In this document: positions 27,435 to 36,826 of the stretch, one piece after another
Numbering within the stretch: position 1 is the first letter of the stretch
Layout of the letters: every line of letters begins with the position of its first letter
From: Candidatus Woesearchaeota archaeon
GTDB taxonomy: Archaea; Nanobdellota; Nanobdellia; Pacearchaeales; GW2011-AR1
DNA: 64,000 nucleotides
Direction: 5' to 3'
Assembly: GCA_964651965.1 (NCBI GenBank)
Contig: CAZYZS010000002.1
Coordinates: 17,164-81,163 of the forward strand
The notes under the pieces: generated by a model
Seen by the model: only the letters and a program-made list of their open reading frames with translations
Databases searched by the model: none
What the model was told of the DNA's origin: nothing
Translations under genes and position numbers: made by a program

Positions 27435-27793
27435 CTTAATATCTCTCCATTGACTTTGCTGTTTTTTCCAAGCTCTTCTTTAATAGTAGAGACAGGGATT
27501 TTAGATTTTTTCAATTTTTCCAGAGCAGAAGAAGAAAAGCTAAGAGCGACAATCTTTATTTTCTTGTCTATTTCTCCTTTCCCTAACACTTTTCCTGGAA
27601 CTATAACTGCTTCACCTTTTGCTTCTTTGTTAATTTCATAAAGGTTCTTTTTTATTCTTTTTCGTGTAGGTATAGATAATAAGCTTGCTATTTCCATCTG
27701 CCCTTTGTCTTTGGCTAGCTTTATAGTTTCAACTAATTCGCTGTCTGTTTTCTTCTTTATTCTTTCCTTTATTTTTGTTTTGCTTATTGTCAT
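27431..27793 (-). CDS. rpl18e: 50S ribosomal protein L18e
   Basis: Basic 120-aa protein in the conserved position upstream of L13. Confidence 0.75.
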   Translation of the reverse strand: MTISKTKIKERIKKKTDSELVETIKLAKDKGQMEIASLLSIPTRKRIKKNLYEINKEAKGEAVIVPGKVLGKGEIDKKIKIVALSFSSSALEKLKKSKIPVSTIKEELGKNSKVNGEILR

Positions 27794-27809
27794 GTTGAAA
27801 ATTATGGAG

Positions 27810-27905
27810 TGCGGGGAGAAGGGATCGAACCTTCGCAGGCACTAAGCCACATGGTTTCTACAAGCTGCCTTAGCCATGCCCGTTTGACCGCTCCGGCATC
27901 CCCGC
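27810..27905 (-). tRNA. class II tRNA (Leu-type) with a roughly 12-nt insertion (putative intron) in the anticodon arm; anticodon not resolved
   Basis: The reverse complement reads GCGGGGATGCCGGAGCGGTCAAACGGG-CATGG...CCATG-TGGCTTAGTGCCTGC-GAAGGTTCGATCCCTTC-TCCCCGCA. It shares its acceptor, D arm, variable arm and T arm with the gene at 34711. Confidence 0.6.
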
Positions 27906-27941
27906 GTACTTAAAAACAATACGCGAGGCTTTTAAAAAGCT

Positions 27942-28706
27942 TTACTTTAAGCTTTTAGATAACTCTTTTAAGCTATCGTTGAGCTGGTCAATAGCTTTGG
28001 TAAAGATTTCCTCTGCTTTAATCTGGCCCCATGATTCAATGAAGAACATCAATTCAGGAGCCTTCTCTACCTTTATTGCGTTGCGACTATTCTTTTTGCA
28101 AGCCTCAACACATGCTTCGCATAAATCGCATTTATAAACATCTTTTATTTTGGCCTTGCCTTTTTCTATTTCCAGTATTTTTTGCGGGCATGCTTCTACG
28201 CATTTTTTACATTCATCACACTGGCCATCTACTTCAACTTTAGCAAGGTTTCTGTAGTATACCAACCCAGGAGAGTATTTGCTGTGTTCAATTCCTTTCC
28301 CTAGTCGGGCAGTGGCAACCAATTCCAGTTCCTGGTATTTATTTAAGAGAGTTATCGGAATGTCTTCATAGACTACATCTGCCCCACCTTTTAAGTCTTT
28401 AGAATAAACTGTTGTAGGGCCTTTTATTTGCAGCTTCATATTAACGCTACACTTTCCGCATCCTTTTCCATTGCAGCTGCATTTTTCTTTTTCTTTGATT
28501 GTTTTTTCTGCTACCAATGGTACAAGGCCCAGCCTGTGAGCAAGGACTTCATCGTACAATGCAGAGTCGTTTTTGTAAATTTCTACTTCATCGATTGCTA
28601 GAACGGGTATTTCTAATGCAGATCTCCTTATGGTATTTGCTAGGCTTTCAGACATATCTGTAATCATGCTTACCTTTTCTTTGTTCTTTGATATTATCTT
28701 TATCAT
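27942..28706 (-). CDS. rpoD: DNA-directed RNA polymerase subunit D (Rpo3) with a ferredoxin-like 4Fe-4S domain
   Basis: HRLGLVPL dimerisation motif plus Cys clusters CSCNGKGCGKC and CDECKKCVEACP. Confidence 0.8.
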   Translation of the reverse strand: MIKIISKNKEKVSMITDMSESLANTIRRSALEIPVLAIDEVEIYKNDSALYDEVLAHRLGLVPLVAEKTIKEKEKCSCNGKGCGKCSVNMKLQIKGPTTVYSKDLKGGADVVYEDIPITLLNKYQELELVATARLGKGIEHSKYSPGLVYYRNLAKVEVDGQCDECKKCVEACPQKILEIEKGKAKIKDVYKCDLCEACVEACKKNSRNAIKVEKAPELMFFIESWGQIKAEEIFTKAIDQLNDSLKELSKSLK

Positions 28707-28747
28707 GTTTATTTAATGTCCTTGTTTATTTTTAAACTCTTCTACTT

Positions 28748-29224
28748 CTACACGCGCCTTCCTCTTCGCCCGCCTTTTACTTTTGGCCCTCCTCTTGGCG
28801 TTTTGGTTGTGTCTGCGATGCTGATTATCTTCATTCCTTCTCTAGAAAGACTTTTTACAGCTGCATGAGCTCCTGGACCCGGGGCGGGATTCCCTGTCTG
28901 AGCTTTTATTCTTACATATAAAGAGGTTATTCCTTGTTCCCTTGCTTTTTCTGCAGCTTGTTTTGCTATGAACATGGCGATTGTTGGATTCGCTTTTAGT
29001 CTGTCATGTTTAGTCACCATGCCTCCAGAAACCCTTGAAATGGTGTTACCAGCCATGTCAGTTATGTGAAGAATGGTATTATTAAAAGAAGTATATATGT
29101 GGGCTATTCCAACTCTTTCTTTCTTCTTTTCTTTTATCGATTTTTTCTCTTCTGCCCCCTCTTCTTTATCAACCTTCTTCTCCTCTGCAATTTCTTCTTT
29201 GGCTACGGTAGGTTCACTGCTCAT
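28748..29224 (-). CDS. rps11: 30S ribosomal protein S11 (uS11)
   Basis: GIAHIYTSFNNT...GPGAHAAVKSL. Confidence 0.85.
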   Translation of the reverse strand: MSSEPTVAKEEIAEEKKVDKEEGAEEKKSIKEKKKERVGIAHIYTSFNNTILHITDMAGNTISRVSGGMVTKHDRLKANPTIAMFIAKQAAEKAREQGITSLYVRIKAQTGNPAPGPGAHAAVKSLSREGMKIISIADTTKTPRGGPKVKGGRRGRRV

Positions 29225-29735
29225 TGTTCTTCTCCTCTGGAACAGCTTCTAGGGCTATTTTTGCTTCTTTTTCCTTTTTAATTTTTTTCACCAGTTCTAA
29301 TTTTATTTTGTCTTCTTCATCAACTGGGACGCGGTATGCAGGGACGTTTATTTTCTTCCCATCAATGCTTATGCTTTTATGAACAATGAACTGCCTTGCC
29401 TGGCGAGGAGTTGTAGCAATCTTTTTTTCAACCACGATGCTTTGCAACCTTCTTTTAAGATAATCTTCTTTGTCCAGTGCTAAGACATCTGCAATGCTGG
29501 CAACACTAAAACCCTGTTTCCTTAATCGGTCTACAAACTTGTCCTGTTCTATTTTGCTTTTTGTTAATAGAAGTTTTGCTTGGTTTCTCATTTTCTCTAT
29601 TGCGGAATCTGCTTTCCATATTTCCCTTTTATTTTTAAGGCCATATTTCTTAATAAGAACGTTCTCTTCCCGTATCCTTGTAGCGTCATAAAGCCTTTTT
29701 GGCCTGCTGTAGTTTTTATGTTTTCTTCTTGGCAT
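29214..29735 (-). CDS. rps4: 30S ribosomal protein S4 (uS4)
   Basis: MPRRKHKNYSRPKRLYD... with an S4 RNA-binding domain. Confidence 0.85.
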   Translation of the reverse strand: MPRRKHKNYSRPKRLYDATRIREENVLIKKYGLKNKREIWKADSAIEKMRNQAKLLLTKSKIEQDKFVDRLRKQGFSVASIADVLALDKEDYLKRRLQSIVVEKKIATTPRQARQFIVHKSISIDGKKINVPAYRVPVDEEDKIKLELVKKIKKEKEAKIALEAVPEEKNNEQ

Positions 29736-29736
29736 T

Positions 29737-30231
29737 TTAACTCTTCTTGCCTATCTTGGCTTTTTTAATAACCCCCATTGATTTGCCTTTCTGCCTGAAG
29801 TGGCTTTTTGTTCTCTGTCCTCTTGTAGGCTGCCCTGTCGCATGCCTTAATCCTCTGTAAGACCTTATCTTTTTAAGCCTTTTAATATCAAAGTCTTTTC
29901 TCAAATCAAGGTCGGTAGTAATGAAGTGTTTGTTTTCTCCGCTCTCTAAATCTTTCCTTCTGTTTAACAAAAATGCTGGGAGGGTTGGACTTTTGATGAA
30001 TTCCTCAATTTTTTTAATCTCTTCTGCGTTTAGATCAGAGATTTTCTTTTTTTTATCCATCTCCAGCTTATAGCATAAAGCATTTGCAAAGCTCCACGAC
30101 ACCCCCTTAATTTTTGTTAATCCAACATACACTTGTTTTTCTCCAGGGATGTCTGTTTGCATTATTCTCACTATCTTGGACGTTTCTTTTCCAGGTTTTC
30201 TCTCGACTTCCTTAGATTTCTTTTCTTGCAT
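29737..30231 (-). CDS. rps13: 30S ribosomal protein S13 (uS13)
   Basis: IRIMQTDIPGEK..., YRGLRHATGQPTRGQRTK. Confidence 0.85.
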   Translation of the reverse strand: MQEKKSKEVERKPGKETSKIVRIMQTDIPGEKQVYVGLTKIKGVSWSFANALCYKLEMDKKKKISDLNAEEIKKIEEFIKSPTLPAFLLNRRKDLESGENKHFITTDLDLRKDFDIKRLKKIRSYRGLRHATGQPTRGQRTKSHFRQKGKSMGVIKKAKIGKKS

Positions 30232-30291
30232 TTTTATATTAACTATTAACTTATGGTGAAAATGCCTTTTTTAAAGATTGCGTTTACAGAA

Positions 30292-30843
30292 TTATCCAAT
30301 AAAAAGGTTGTGCCTTTCCATGTTTTCTAATTCTTGCAGTAATCTTTTTTCAACCGCACGTTTAGGGTCTGGCAAGTTCGGGATTCTTTTTTTAATATCT
30401 TCAAAGTTTTCAAATTCTTTCTCCGCTCTTTCTGCCAATACAGCTTTCATGTGCTTTTTTCCGAAACCGGGCAACAGTTCAATTTGGTGCAATCTAGTAT
30501 TTATGGCCTCTGATTTATTGAAAAAATCCACGAATTTCCTTTCCTGTTCTTCTACCACTTTCGAAACAAATTCTTGGAGCTGAAGCTTTGCAGTTTCTGT
30601 AATTTTCTCTCTGGGTAACCTTCCAAGAATGTAATAAACTTTTTCTCGCTTTCCCTCGCCGATATAAACCTTCTCTTTTAGTTCCAGTTTGACTCCCCTC
30701 CTTGGAACCAGTTGTAGAAGTGTGAAATTATTAAGGCCTATGGCTTGGGCTATAGGCATCATCTTTTTTTCCAATGGATAGCCATAAGGCAAATAATCTA
30801 ACACAATCGCATATTCTTCTTTGTCTGTCATTTTTCTCCTCAC
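30292..30843 (-). CDS. DUF655-family OB-fold/HhH nucleic-acid-binding protein
   Basis: ELLPGFGKKHMKAVL helix-hairpin-helix, and the conserved archaeal neighbourhood with rpoF and rpl21e. Confidence 0.5.
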   Translation of the reverse strand: MRRKMTDKEEYAIVLDYLPYGYPLEKKMMPIAQAIGLNNFTLLQLVPRRGVKLELKEKVYIGEGKREKVYYILGRLPREKITETAKLQLQEFVSKVVEEQERKFVDFFNKSEAINTRLHQIELLPGFGKKHMKAVLAERAEKEFENFEDIKKRIPNLPDPKRAVEKRLLQELENMERHNLFIG

Positions 30844-31151
30844 CTGTATTTTTTAACAATGTCCAGTACCTTGTTTGTTTCATCTTCATCTAAGCCGACA
30901 TCAACAAAGATCTTATTTAAATCTGAGGCGTCTTCTGGCAAAATATCGATTATCTTCACAATATGCTCTGATTTTAGTTTTAGCAAATTTAGTTCTTGTA
31001 GCTCTTTTTTCAGCTCTTCAGATTTCTTTATCGGTATCTTTGAGAACTTTTTAATAAATACCTCTAACTGCTTTTTCTTTTCACTTTCTTCCACATCCCC
31101 AAGTGCCTTTTTAACCTCTGCCATATTTAGTGCGGTTGTTTCTTTTATCAT
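30840..31151 (-). CDS. rpoF: putative RNA polymerase subunit F (Rpo4)
   Basis: 103-aa acidic/basic helical protein in the conserved rpl21e-rpoF-DUF655 arrangement. Sequence similarity alone is weak. Confidence 0.45.
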   Translation of the reverse strand: MIKETTALNMAEVKKALGDVEESEKKKQLEVFIKKFSKIPIKKSEELKKELQELNLLKLKSEHIVKIIDILPEDASDLNKIFVDVGLDEDETNKVLDIVKKYR

Positions 31152-31152
31152 T

Positions 31153-31404
31153 TTACTCTAGCTTTTTTAGATGGACTGGGTGTACTATAAACTTTTTTTC
31201 TTTTCCAATCATCCTTAAATTTACTATGTACGAATTGCCTCTTTTGCCTTCTACGATTCCGGTTCTGCCCTGAATTGTCCTTGGAAAGCTGCCCTCTAAT
31301 GAAAGCTCCCTTACTATTGCTACCTTGTCCCCTTCTTTTAAATCTTTAAAGTACCTACTAAAGTTTAGCTTTCCCCGTTCTCGTATTTTCTTTCTTTTAA
31401 GCAT
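31153..31404 (-). CDS. rpl21e: 50S ribosomal protein L21e
   Basis: GRTGIVEGKRGNSYIVNL...HPVHLKKL. Confidence 0.8.
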   Translation of the reverse strand: MLKRKKIRERGKLNFSRYFKDLKEGDKVAIVRELSLEGSFPRTIQGRTGIVEGKRGNSYIVNLRMIGKEKKFIVHPVHLKKLE

Positions 31405-31413
31405 TTTTAATCC

Positions 31414-31767
31414 TCAACTTTTATGTAGAGCTTGATTATAGACTTTTTCCAAGGCATCTGACAGCCCGCTGTAGAGATTCTTATCTTCTGTACTCGAGGT
31501 TAAAATCCCGCCGCCCGTAAAAACATCAACGTCCAATTCATGTAGAAAGGACTTTGTTTTCTTTGATTGTCTTAACCTAACTTTTAACTCGCTGTAAGCT
31601 GTTTGCTCGCTAATCTTTTTTGCGTAGTGTCCAACTATTTTCTTAACAACAATCATCTCAGCCGGATCCAGAGAAAAACCCACAAGCACTATATTCCCAC
31701 CAAGCTTAAGCTCTTCGCCATTATTGTCACGACTATTTGGGTCTTTTCCCTTAGTCTCTACTTCCAT
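31414..31767 (-). CDS. hypothetical protein
   Basis: 117-aa ORF, not recognised. Confidence 0.35.
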   Translation of the reverse strand: MEVETKGKDPNSRDNNGEELKLGGNIVLVGFSLDPAEMIVVKKIVGHYAKKISEQTAYSELKVRLRQSKKTKSFLHELDVDVFTGGGILTSSTEDKNLYSGLSDALEKVYNQALHKS

Positions 31768-31822
31768 AAAATATATACAATTTTCCCTTTTATAAATCTT
31801 TCTCTAAGAAATTAAAAGCAGA

Positions 31823-31993
31823 TTAAAAAGAAACAGAACCTTGGTTCAAATCTCCTTTGTCTCTGGCCTCTTCCATGTTTTTGACTATGGCTTTGAACAT
31901 TTTCTCTCCCCACACACCTCTCCCGCATACCTCGCAGAAGTCTATAACACTGGAATCTTCAATATCGCGCCTGCAGTAGATACACTTTTTCAT
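31823..31993 (-). CDS. 56-aa zinc-ribbon protein not in the ORF track
   Basis: [56 protein letters not shown], with CxxC...CxxC. Confidence 0.35.
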   Translation of the reverse strand: MKKCIYCRRDIEDSSVIDFCEVCGRGVWGEKMFKAIVKNMEEARDKGDLNQGSVSF

Positions 31994-32051
31994 TGTAAAC
32001 CTCTTTCTTTAATGAGAACTATTTTTTTAGGTTTTTAAAGATTTGTGTATT

Positions 32052-32933
32052 TCACTCTTCTTTTTCTTTCTTTCTTTTAATAGCTTTTCTGATCCTTCGG
32101 TATATAATGTAGATAACAATTAGAACTATAACAACAATAACATAAATGTAAGTGTTGTTTGTCTTTATTAAACCCAGTTGGATGGCCTGCTCTCGGCTGT
32201 ATACTCTTGCATCTAAATTAAAGGTTTCTTCACTCTTGTTATTCAAGGCATCCATGTACCGAAGAGTTATTGGCACGTTTAATGTGGAAGGAGCATTCAC
32301 TTTAAAATAAACATTAAATTCTGCAGAATCAAAGTCATCACTGTCCAAGTCCCCGATATAAACATTTTCTGGAGAGGTTATAGAATAATACGAGGACTTT
32401 CCAATTTCAATTTCCAAGAATTTCACATTGCTAAGGCCTTTATTTATTATTTTAACTGAAACAGCATTCTCGCTTCCTTTTAATAACAAGCCTTTCTCTA
32501 TGCTGGCATCAAGAATGGGCGGAGAGTTTATAATTAAGCTTATTAAAGAACTTGATTGTTTCACAGTGCCTTCTTCATTATAAGTAATTTTTATAGGGAT
32601 CTTATAAATCCCAGCTTGAGCGTCATTCAGCGCGCGGATTTTAAAAGTAGCGTATTCGATTCTTCCGTCTTTAATCTCATCAAAGTTAAATTCAGAAGAG
32701 GAAAGCTCAGGGGCAAAAGGAACATTCGCAAGATCGAGAGAGACAGAAACATCTGTAATTTTCTCTTCCCCATTATTCTCCAAACTCAGCTCGATTATAG
32801 AAACCCTTCCAGGAGCAATTTGTGAAGGATTTGTTAAAACAGAGTTTATCGTAAGCGCATAAGCCGAAGAAACACCCAATAAAACGCAAAACATCAATGT
32901 AAGAAATTTCAATTTCATGACAATATGCCTCAA
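32052..32933 (-). CDS. secreted surface (S-layer-like) protein with an N-terminal signal peptide and a C-terminal TM anchor
   Basis: Signal peptide MKLKFLTLMFCVLLGVSSAYA, a beta-rich body and a C-terminal IYVIVVIVLIVIYIIYRRIRK anchor. Confidence 0.5.
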   Translation of the reverse strand: MRHIVMKLKFLTLMFCVLLGVSSAYALTINSVLTNPSQIAPGRVSIIELSLENNGEEKITDVSVSLDLANVPFAPELSSSEFNFDEIKDGRIEYATFKIRALNDAQAGIYKIPIKITYNEEGTVKQSSSLISLIINSPPILDASIEKGLLLKGSENAVSVKIINKGLSNVKFLEIEIGKSSYYSITSPENVYIGDLDSDDFDSAEFNVYFKVNAPSTLNVPITLRYMDALNNKSEETFNLDARVYSREQAIQLGLIKTNNTYIYVIVVIVLIVIYIIYRRIRKAIKRKKEKEE

Positions 32934-33021
32934 AACTGGTTTTTAATGTTTTTTATATTAGATTATAGCTGTTGTACCGCTAATAACAAAGGTTTATAAA
33001 CCTCCTCTTTAATAAATATTT

Positions 33022-33219
33022 ATGATAATTCCGGTTAGATGTATGTCATGTGGGAAGCCAATAGCTCATTTATGGGAAGAGTTCAAGAAGAGGGTGGAAT
33101 CTGGGGAAAACGCAAAAAAAGTTTTAGACGCGCTGGGATTGGAAAGATATTGTTGCCGTGCCGTTTTCTTAGGGCATGTTGACCTGCTTCCTTTAACCTC
33201 TAAGTTTAACAAGTTCTAA
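33022..33219 (+). CDS. rpoN: DNA-directed RNA polymerase subunit N (Rpo10)
   Basis: [14 protein letters not shown]...YCCRAV. Confidence 0.8.
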   Translation: MIIPVRCMSCGKPIAHLWEEFKKRVESGENAKKVLDALGLERYCCRAVFLGHVDLLPLTSKFNKF

Positions 33220-33227
33220 AAATCTAT

Positions 33228-34166
33228 TTATCCAAACATAACCCCCAAGTCTTTAACAAGTTCATTCCACATTTTTTCACAATAGCCATGCTCGCATCCC
33301 TCTGCAATGTAAAATGATCTAGGTTCTTTTGCTTTGTTAAAGGTAATTTGCGCGTTTTTTATTGGAACAACCGTATCATTTGTTCCGTGAAGCATTGCTA
33401 AATAGCGGGGCGAAATTCCAGAAACATAGTGATCTGGGTCTATTGATAAGAGGTAATCATTTGCTTCTTGCATTGGATTTAATGGTACATTAAAGCCCGC
33501 TGAACTAATAACTATTGCGCCTTTACTTCTTTTCTCAATCGATGCGGCGATTAGAGCATATCTCCCCCCCATACTCTCGCCTGCAAATCCTATTTTCTTT
33601 TCATCAATCTCTTTAATTTCTCTTAAAACATCAAAACTCCTCAATGCATCATAAACAGCTAAATGTTGCACAGGTTCGTCTCCTTGTTTAAAAATTTGAT
33701 AATCTTGGTCAATCCATAAAAATGTTCCTCCAGTGTCTCCAACTCCTCTTTGGTCAATTGCCAGAGACGCATAGCCTTCTTTTGCCAGCTTTATCAGCAG
33801 TTTTTCCCTTGACTCCTTGGTAGCTTCTCCTGCAGGAAGGAAAACGAACCCAGGAACATTTTCCTTTCCTTTAGGAAGAAACAAGTATCCATAAATATAA
33901 GTTTCTTGGTTTTGAAAAGGCCTGCTTTTGAACTTTATTTCTCTTATCTCTACCGAATCATTTTCCCATTTTTTAATAACCTCATAGTTTGTTTTCCCTC
34001 TTTCTTCTGAATAAGCCAGAGTATTTCCTGTAACTTTGTAAATCTCTTGCTCTTTTGCCCTGAAAAAGAAAACGCCCACTAAAACAACTATCACAATAAA
34101 AATTACAACAGCCCATTTCATTTTCATTTTATCTTCCACCTGTTTATTGTTCCACAGCCCTCGCAC
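33228..34166 (-). CDS. alpha/beta hydrolase with an N-terminal TM anchor (dienelactone hydrolase or S9 peptidase-like)
   Basis: GESMGG nucleophile elbow and a C-terminal His. Confidence 0.55.
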   Translation of the reverse strand: MRGLWNNKQVEDKMKMKWAVVIFIVIVVLVGVFFFRAKEQEIYKVTGNTLAYSEERGKTNYEVIKKWENDSVEIREIKFKSRPFQNQETYIYGYLFLPKGKENVPGFVFLPAGEATKESREKLLIKLAKEGYASLAIDQRGVGDTGGTFLWIDQDYQIFKQGDEPVQHLAVYDALRSFDVLREIKEIDEKKIGFAGESMGGRYALIAASIEKRSKGAIVISSAGFNVPLNPMQEANDYLLSIDPDHYVSGISPRYLAMLHGTNDTVVPIKNAQITFNKAKEPRSFYIAEGCEHGYCEKMWNELVKDLGVMFG

Positions 34167-34378
34167 CTTGTTGTTTTTATCTTGTTTTTCACGCTTTTCA
34201 CCTTTAAATTAACAGAATAGCACCTTTTACAGAACTCTTTTCTTTTGTCTCCTAACTTTATATTGTAATGCATGGCTATTTTCTTGATTTTTCTTACTTC
34301 TTTAGGGCTCTTATTTTTAATATCCTTAAAAAATTCCTCAATTCTCTCTTTTGCTTCATTTTTAGATATCTTTTCCAT
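34124..34378 (-). CDS. rnp4: RNase P protein component 4 (Rpp21/Rpr2)
   Basis: N-terminal AKERIEEFF... and a zinc ribbon CKRCYS...CEGCG. Confidence 0.65.
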   Translation of the reverse strand: MEKISKNEAKERIEEFFKDIKNKSPKEVRKIKKIAMHYNIKLGDKRKEFCKRCYSVNLKVKSVKNKIKTTRCEGCGTINRWKIK

Positions 34379-34430
34379 TTAGGATTTTTAAGATAGTAAG
34401 GTTTAAAAACCTGAATATTCTGTGCTTTTT

Positions 34431-34545
34431 GAAGACGGCCATAGTAATCAGGAAACACCTGTTCCCATCTCGAACACAGCAGTTAAGCTGATTACGTTCA
34501 TGGAATACTCGATTAAGGGGAAACCATGAAGCTGTCCTCGCTATT
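34431..34545 (+). rRNA. rrf: 5S ribosomal RNA; ends approximate
   Basis: GACGGCCATAG...GGAAACACC...CCCATCTCGAACA...CAGTTAAGC, with a terminal helix GACGGC/GCTGTC. Confidence 0.65.
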
Positions 34546-34710
34546 TTTTAGAAACACTTATATACTCCAAATTCCCCAAGGTATAAAAGACAGGGGGAAT
34601 CAGTTTTTTTCAGTTCGACACTTAGGTGTTACCTGTTCGCTGACCTATTCTGTCTTTTTCTATTCTAGAAACAGTTACTTTTTTATACTGTCGTCTCTAA
34701 TTAATTCCAT

Positions 34711-34832
34711 GCGGGGATGCCGGAGCGGTCAAACGGGACAGACCATAAATTTAATATGGGTCCAAACTCAAGAAAACGTTTGAGCAATCTGTTGGCTTAG
34801 TGCCTGCGTAGGTTCAATTCCTACTCCCCGCA
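34711..34832 (+). tRNA. class II tRNA (Leu-type) with an unusually long (about 45-nt) insertion in the anticodon arm; anticodon not resolved (possibly CAA)
   Basis: GCGGGGATGCCGGAGCGGTCAAACGGG-ACAGA[45 nt]TCTGT-TGGCTTAGTGCCTGC-GTAGGTTCAATTCCTAC-TCCCCGCA. The insertion contains CTCAAGA. Confidence 0.5.
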
Positions 34833-34933
34833 CTTACTCTTTTAAATAATACAAAAGGACAGCAAAGCGTAAATGCGGGCCCCCGCATCTCTCTCTAGTA
34901 TAGATTTATAAATGGTAAAAATCAACCTTTAAC

Positions 34934-35503
34934 ATGACAATTAAAAAACCAAGAAAGAACAGGCTATTTCATAATGGGAATTCTCTTTCCAAAACTCAAG
35001 AAATTAAAAGCAAGGCAAGAAGGAACCTTAATGGAAAGGTAGACGGAAAAAAGAAGAATTATGTGGTTGATACTTCTGCAATAATTAATAAGTTTTTGCC
35101 GCGCCTGGCTGAAAAAGGCTTAAAAGGCAAGATTATAGTTCCAAATTCAGTCATGGCAGAGCTGGAAAATCTAGCAAACAAAGGTAACGAAGCAGGATTT
35201 GTAGGCTTGGACCAAGTGGCAAATCTGCATACCTTAAAGAAGAGGTATGGCTTCTCCTTGGAATTTCAAGGCCAAAGGCCCGAAATGAAGCATATAAGGT
35301 TTGCAAAGTCTGGAGAAATTGATGCTTTAATAAGAGATCTCGCTTTCAAGAATAGGGCAACATTAGTAACTGCCGACCTAGTTCAGGCTAAATCTGCGCA
35401 AGCTTATGGCCTAAGCGTCATTTTTATTCGCCCGCCAGTAATTGTTCCCCAGAAAAAGAGCTGGTTTCCTTTCTTAAAGAGAAAATCAAAAAATAGGAAT
35501 TAA
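34934..35503 (+). CDS. PIN-domain protein
   Basis: NYVVDTSAIIN...VTADL acidic PIN residues. Confidence 0.5.
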   Translation: MTIKKPRKNRLFHNGNSLSKTQEIKSKARRNLNGKVDGKKKNYVVDTSAIINKFLPRLAEKGLKGKIIVPNSVMAELENLANKGNEAGFVGLDQVANLHTLKKRYGFSLEFQGQRPEMKHIRFAKSGEIDALIRDLAFKNRATLVTADLVQAKSAQAYGLSVIFIRPPVIVPQKKSWFPFLKRKSKNRN

Positions 35504-35781
35504 GAAAGTAAGCTAAAAAGCCCTTTCTGCACAAGAAATAAAGCTACTAATACAATCATTACCAGTGGCACATTAACAGAAGTCGCAATTATAATAATTA
35601 TCGCGCAGACTATATCGATTATGCTCGCTATACTCAATCCTATTATAAAAATAACTCCCTTAACAAGTAGAATTATTCCTAAGATCATTATAAATTTTTC
35701 AGGCAGTATATGAAAAACCCCGAATATCCAAAAACATACGGCTATAAAAATATCCAAAATACCCAATAATTTGACTAGCAT
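35500..35781 (-). CDS. small membrane protein, start trimmed to an internal Met to avoid the tRNA-Arg overlap
   Basis: Hydrophobic helices. The track ORF's first 22 codons overlap the tRNA. Confidence 0.35.
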   Translation of the reverse strand: MLVKLLGILDIFIAVCFWIFGVFHILPEKFIMILGIILLVKGVIFIIGLSIASIIDIVCAIIIIIATSVNVPLVMIVLVALFLVQKGLFSLLS

Positions 35782-35817
35782 AGATTTTTTAAACAATCTT
35801 TTGCTTAAAAATGTATT

Positions 35818-35891
35818 GCCCGAGTAGCTCAGCTGGATAGAGCACAAGGTTCCTAACCTTGGGGTCGTGGGTTCAAATCCTACCTCGGGCG
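35818..35891 (+). tRNA. tRNA-Arg(CCT)
   Basis: Canonical cloverleaf of 74 nt: GCCCGAG...CAAGG-TTCCTAA-CCTTG...GTGGG-TTCAAAT-CCTAC-CTCGGGC-G. Confidence 0.8.
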
Positions 35892-35942
35892 TTTAATTTG
35901 AGGTGATAGGTTCACCTTAGATTATTTCTAAGGGCATTCAAA

Positions 35943-36749
35943 ATGAGAAACATACCAACAAAAGAAAATTATGATGGATTTGTTATGGAACTAGTTGGAG
36001 GACTGGGAAAGAAACATCCTGATATTTGTTTTTATGCTTATGGTTCATATATTGATGGGAACTGCAATTATGGCAGGAGCGATATTGATGGAGGTTTGAT
36101 ATTAAATTCAGGAATTGTCACACCTAAAGAAGAAGTATTGGATCTTGCAGCAGATCTTGCAAGCGCTTTAGGCAAAAATAGGGTAAAAACCCAGTTTAAT
36201 TTACTAGACAAGGGAACTTGTAGAGACGGAAGATTCTTGGCATATACCAAAGATTACACTGATTGGATTAGGAGAGTAGGCAAGGTACTTTCAGGTCCAA
36301 ATTATCTGGAAGATTTGAATGGATTGGACTTTAAATCAGGGGTTCTTCACAATGCCGCGTTTAATTTAAGGAAAGCAAGGAACAATCTCTTGTACTCTTT
36401 TGATACAATTAACACTGATCCGAACAGATTTCGGGAAAGAACCGAAAAAGTTTTAGAAACTTTAGCTAAACTTCCCAAATTCCTCATATGGCTAAGAAGA
36501 GGGGATATTGTTGTTCCGAGAGTCAGAGGTAGAGAAGAATTAAGAAAAATGCTGGGGGATGTAGACTTAAGCTTTCTTGAAGAATTAGAGGGCTTGCTGA
36601 CTCAACCTTCTAAGTTTTATTCTGAGCTCGAAGACACTGACAGAGCATTAAGCTTAATGGTTAAAGGCGTGGATACAATGGAACAGATGGTTCAAGCTTA
36701 TGTTCGAGAATTTCCAAAGGCTTCTGCAAGAGAGCTAAGGAAATTATGA
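35943..36749 (+). CDS. Pol-beta-superfamily nucleotidyltransferase (minimal NTase motif plus C-terminal helical domain)
   Basis: FYAYGSYIDGNCNYGRSDIDGGLIL, i.e. hG[GS]x9-13Dh[DE]h, followed by a roughly 170-aa alpha-helical region. Confidence 0.6.
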   Translation: MRNIPTKENYDGFVMELVGGLGKKHPDICFYAYGSYIDGNCNYGRSDIDGGLILNSGIVTPKEEVLDLAADLASALGKNRVKTQFNLLDKGTCRDGRFLAYTKDYTDWIRRVGKVLSGPNYLEDLNGLDFKSGVLHNAAFNLRKARNNLLYSFDTINTDPNRFRERTEKVLETLAKLPKFLIWLRRGDIVVPRVRGREELRKMLGDVDLSFLEELEGLLTQPSKFYSELEDTDRALSLMVKGVDTMEQMVQAYVREFPKASARELRKL

Positions 36750-36826
36750 TTTTCAAGAAGAATAATTTTTGAATATCTTCTGCCCTTTATCGTTAGATTT
36801 TTAAAGCGTTAGACATTAAGATACTT

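Noticed and set aside
34526-34783. 85-aa ORF
   Set aside because: It overlaps the 3' end of the 5S rRNA and the 5' half of the tRNA-Leu-type gene. It is not coding.
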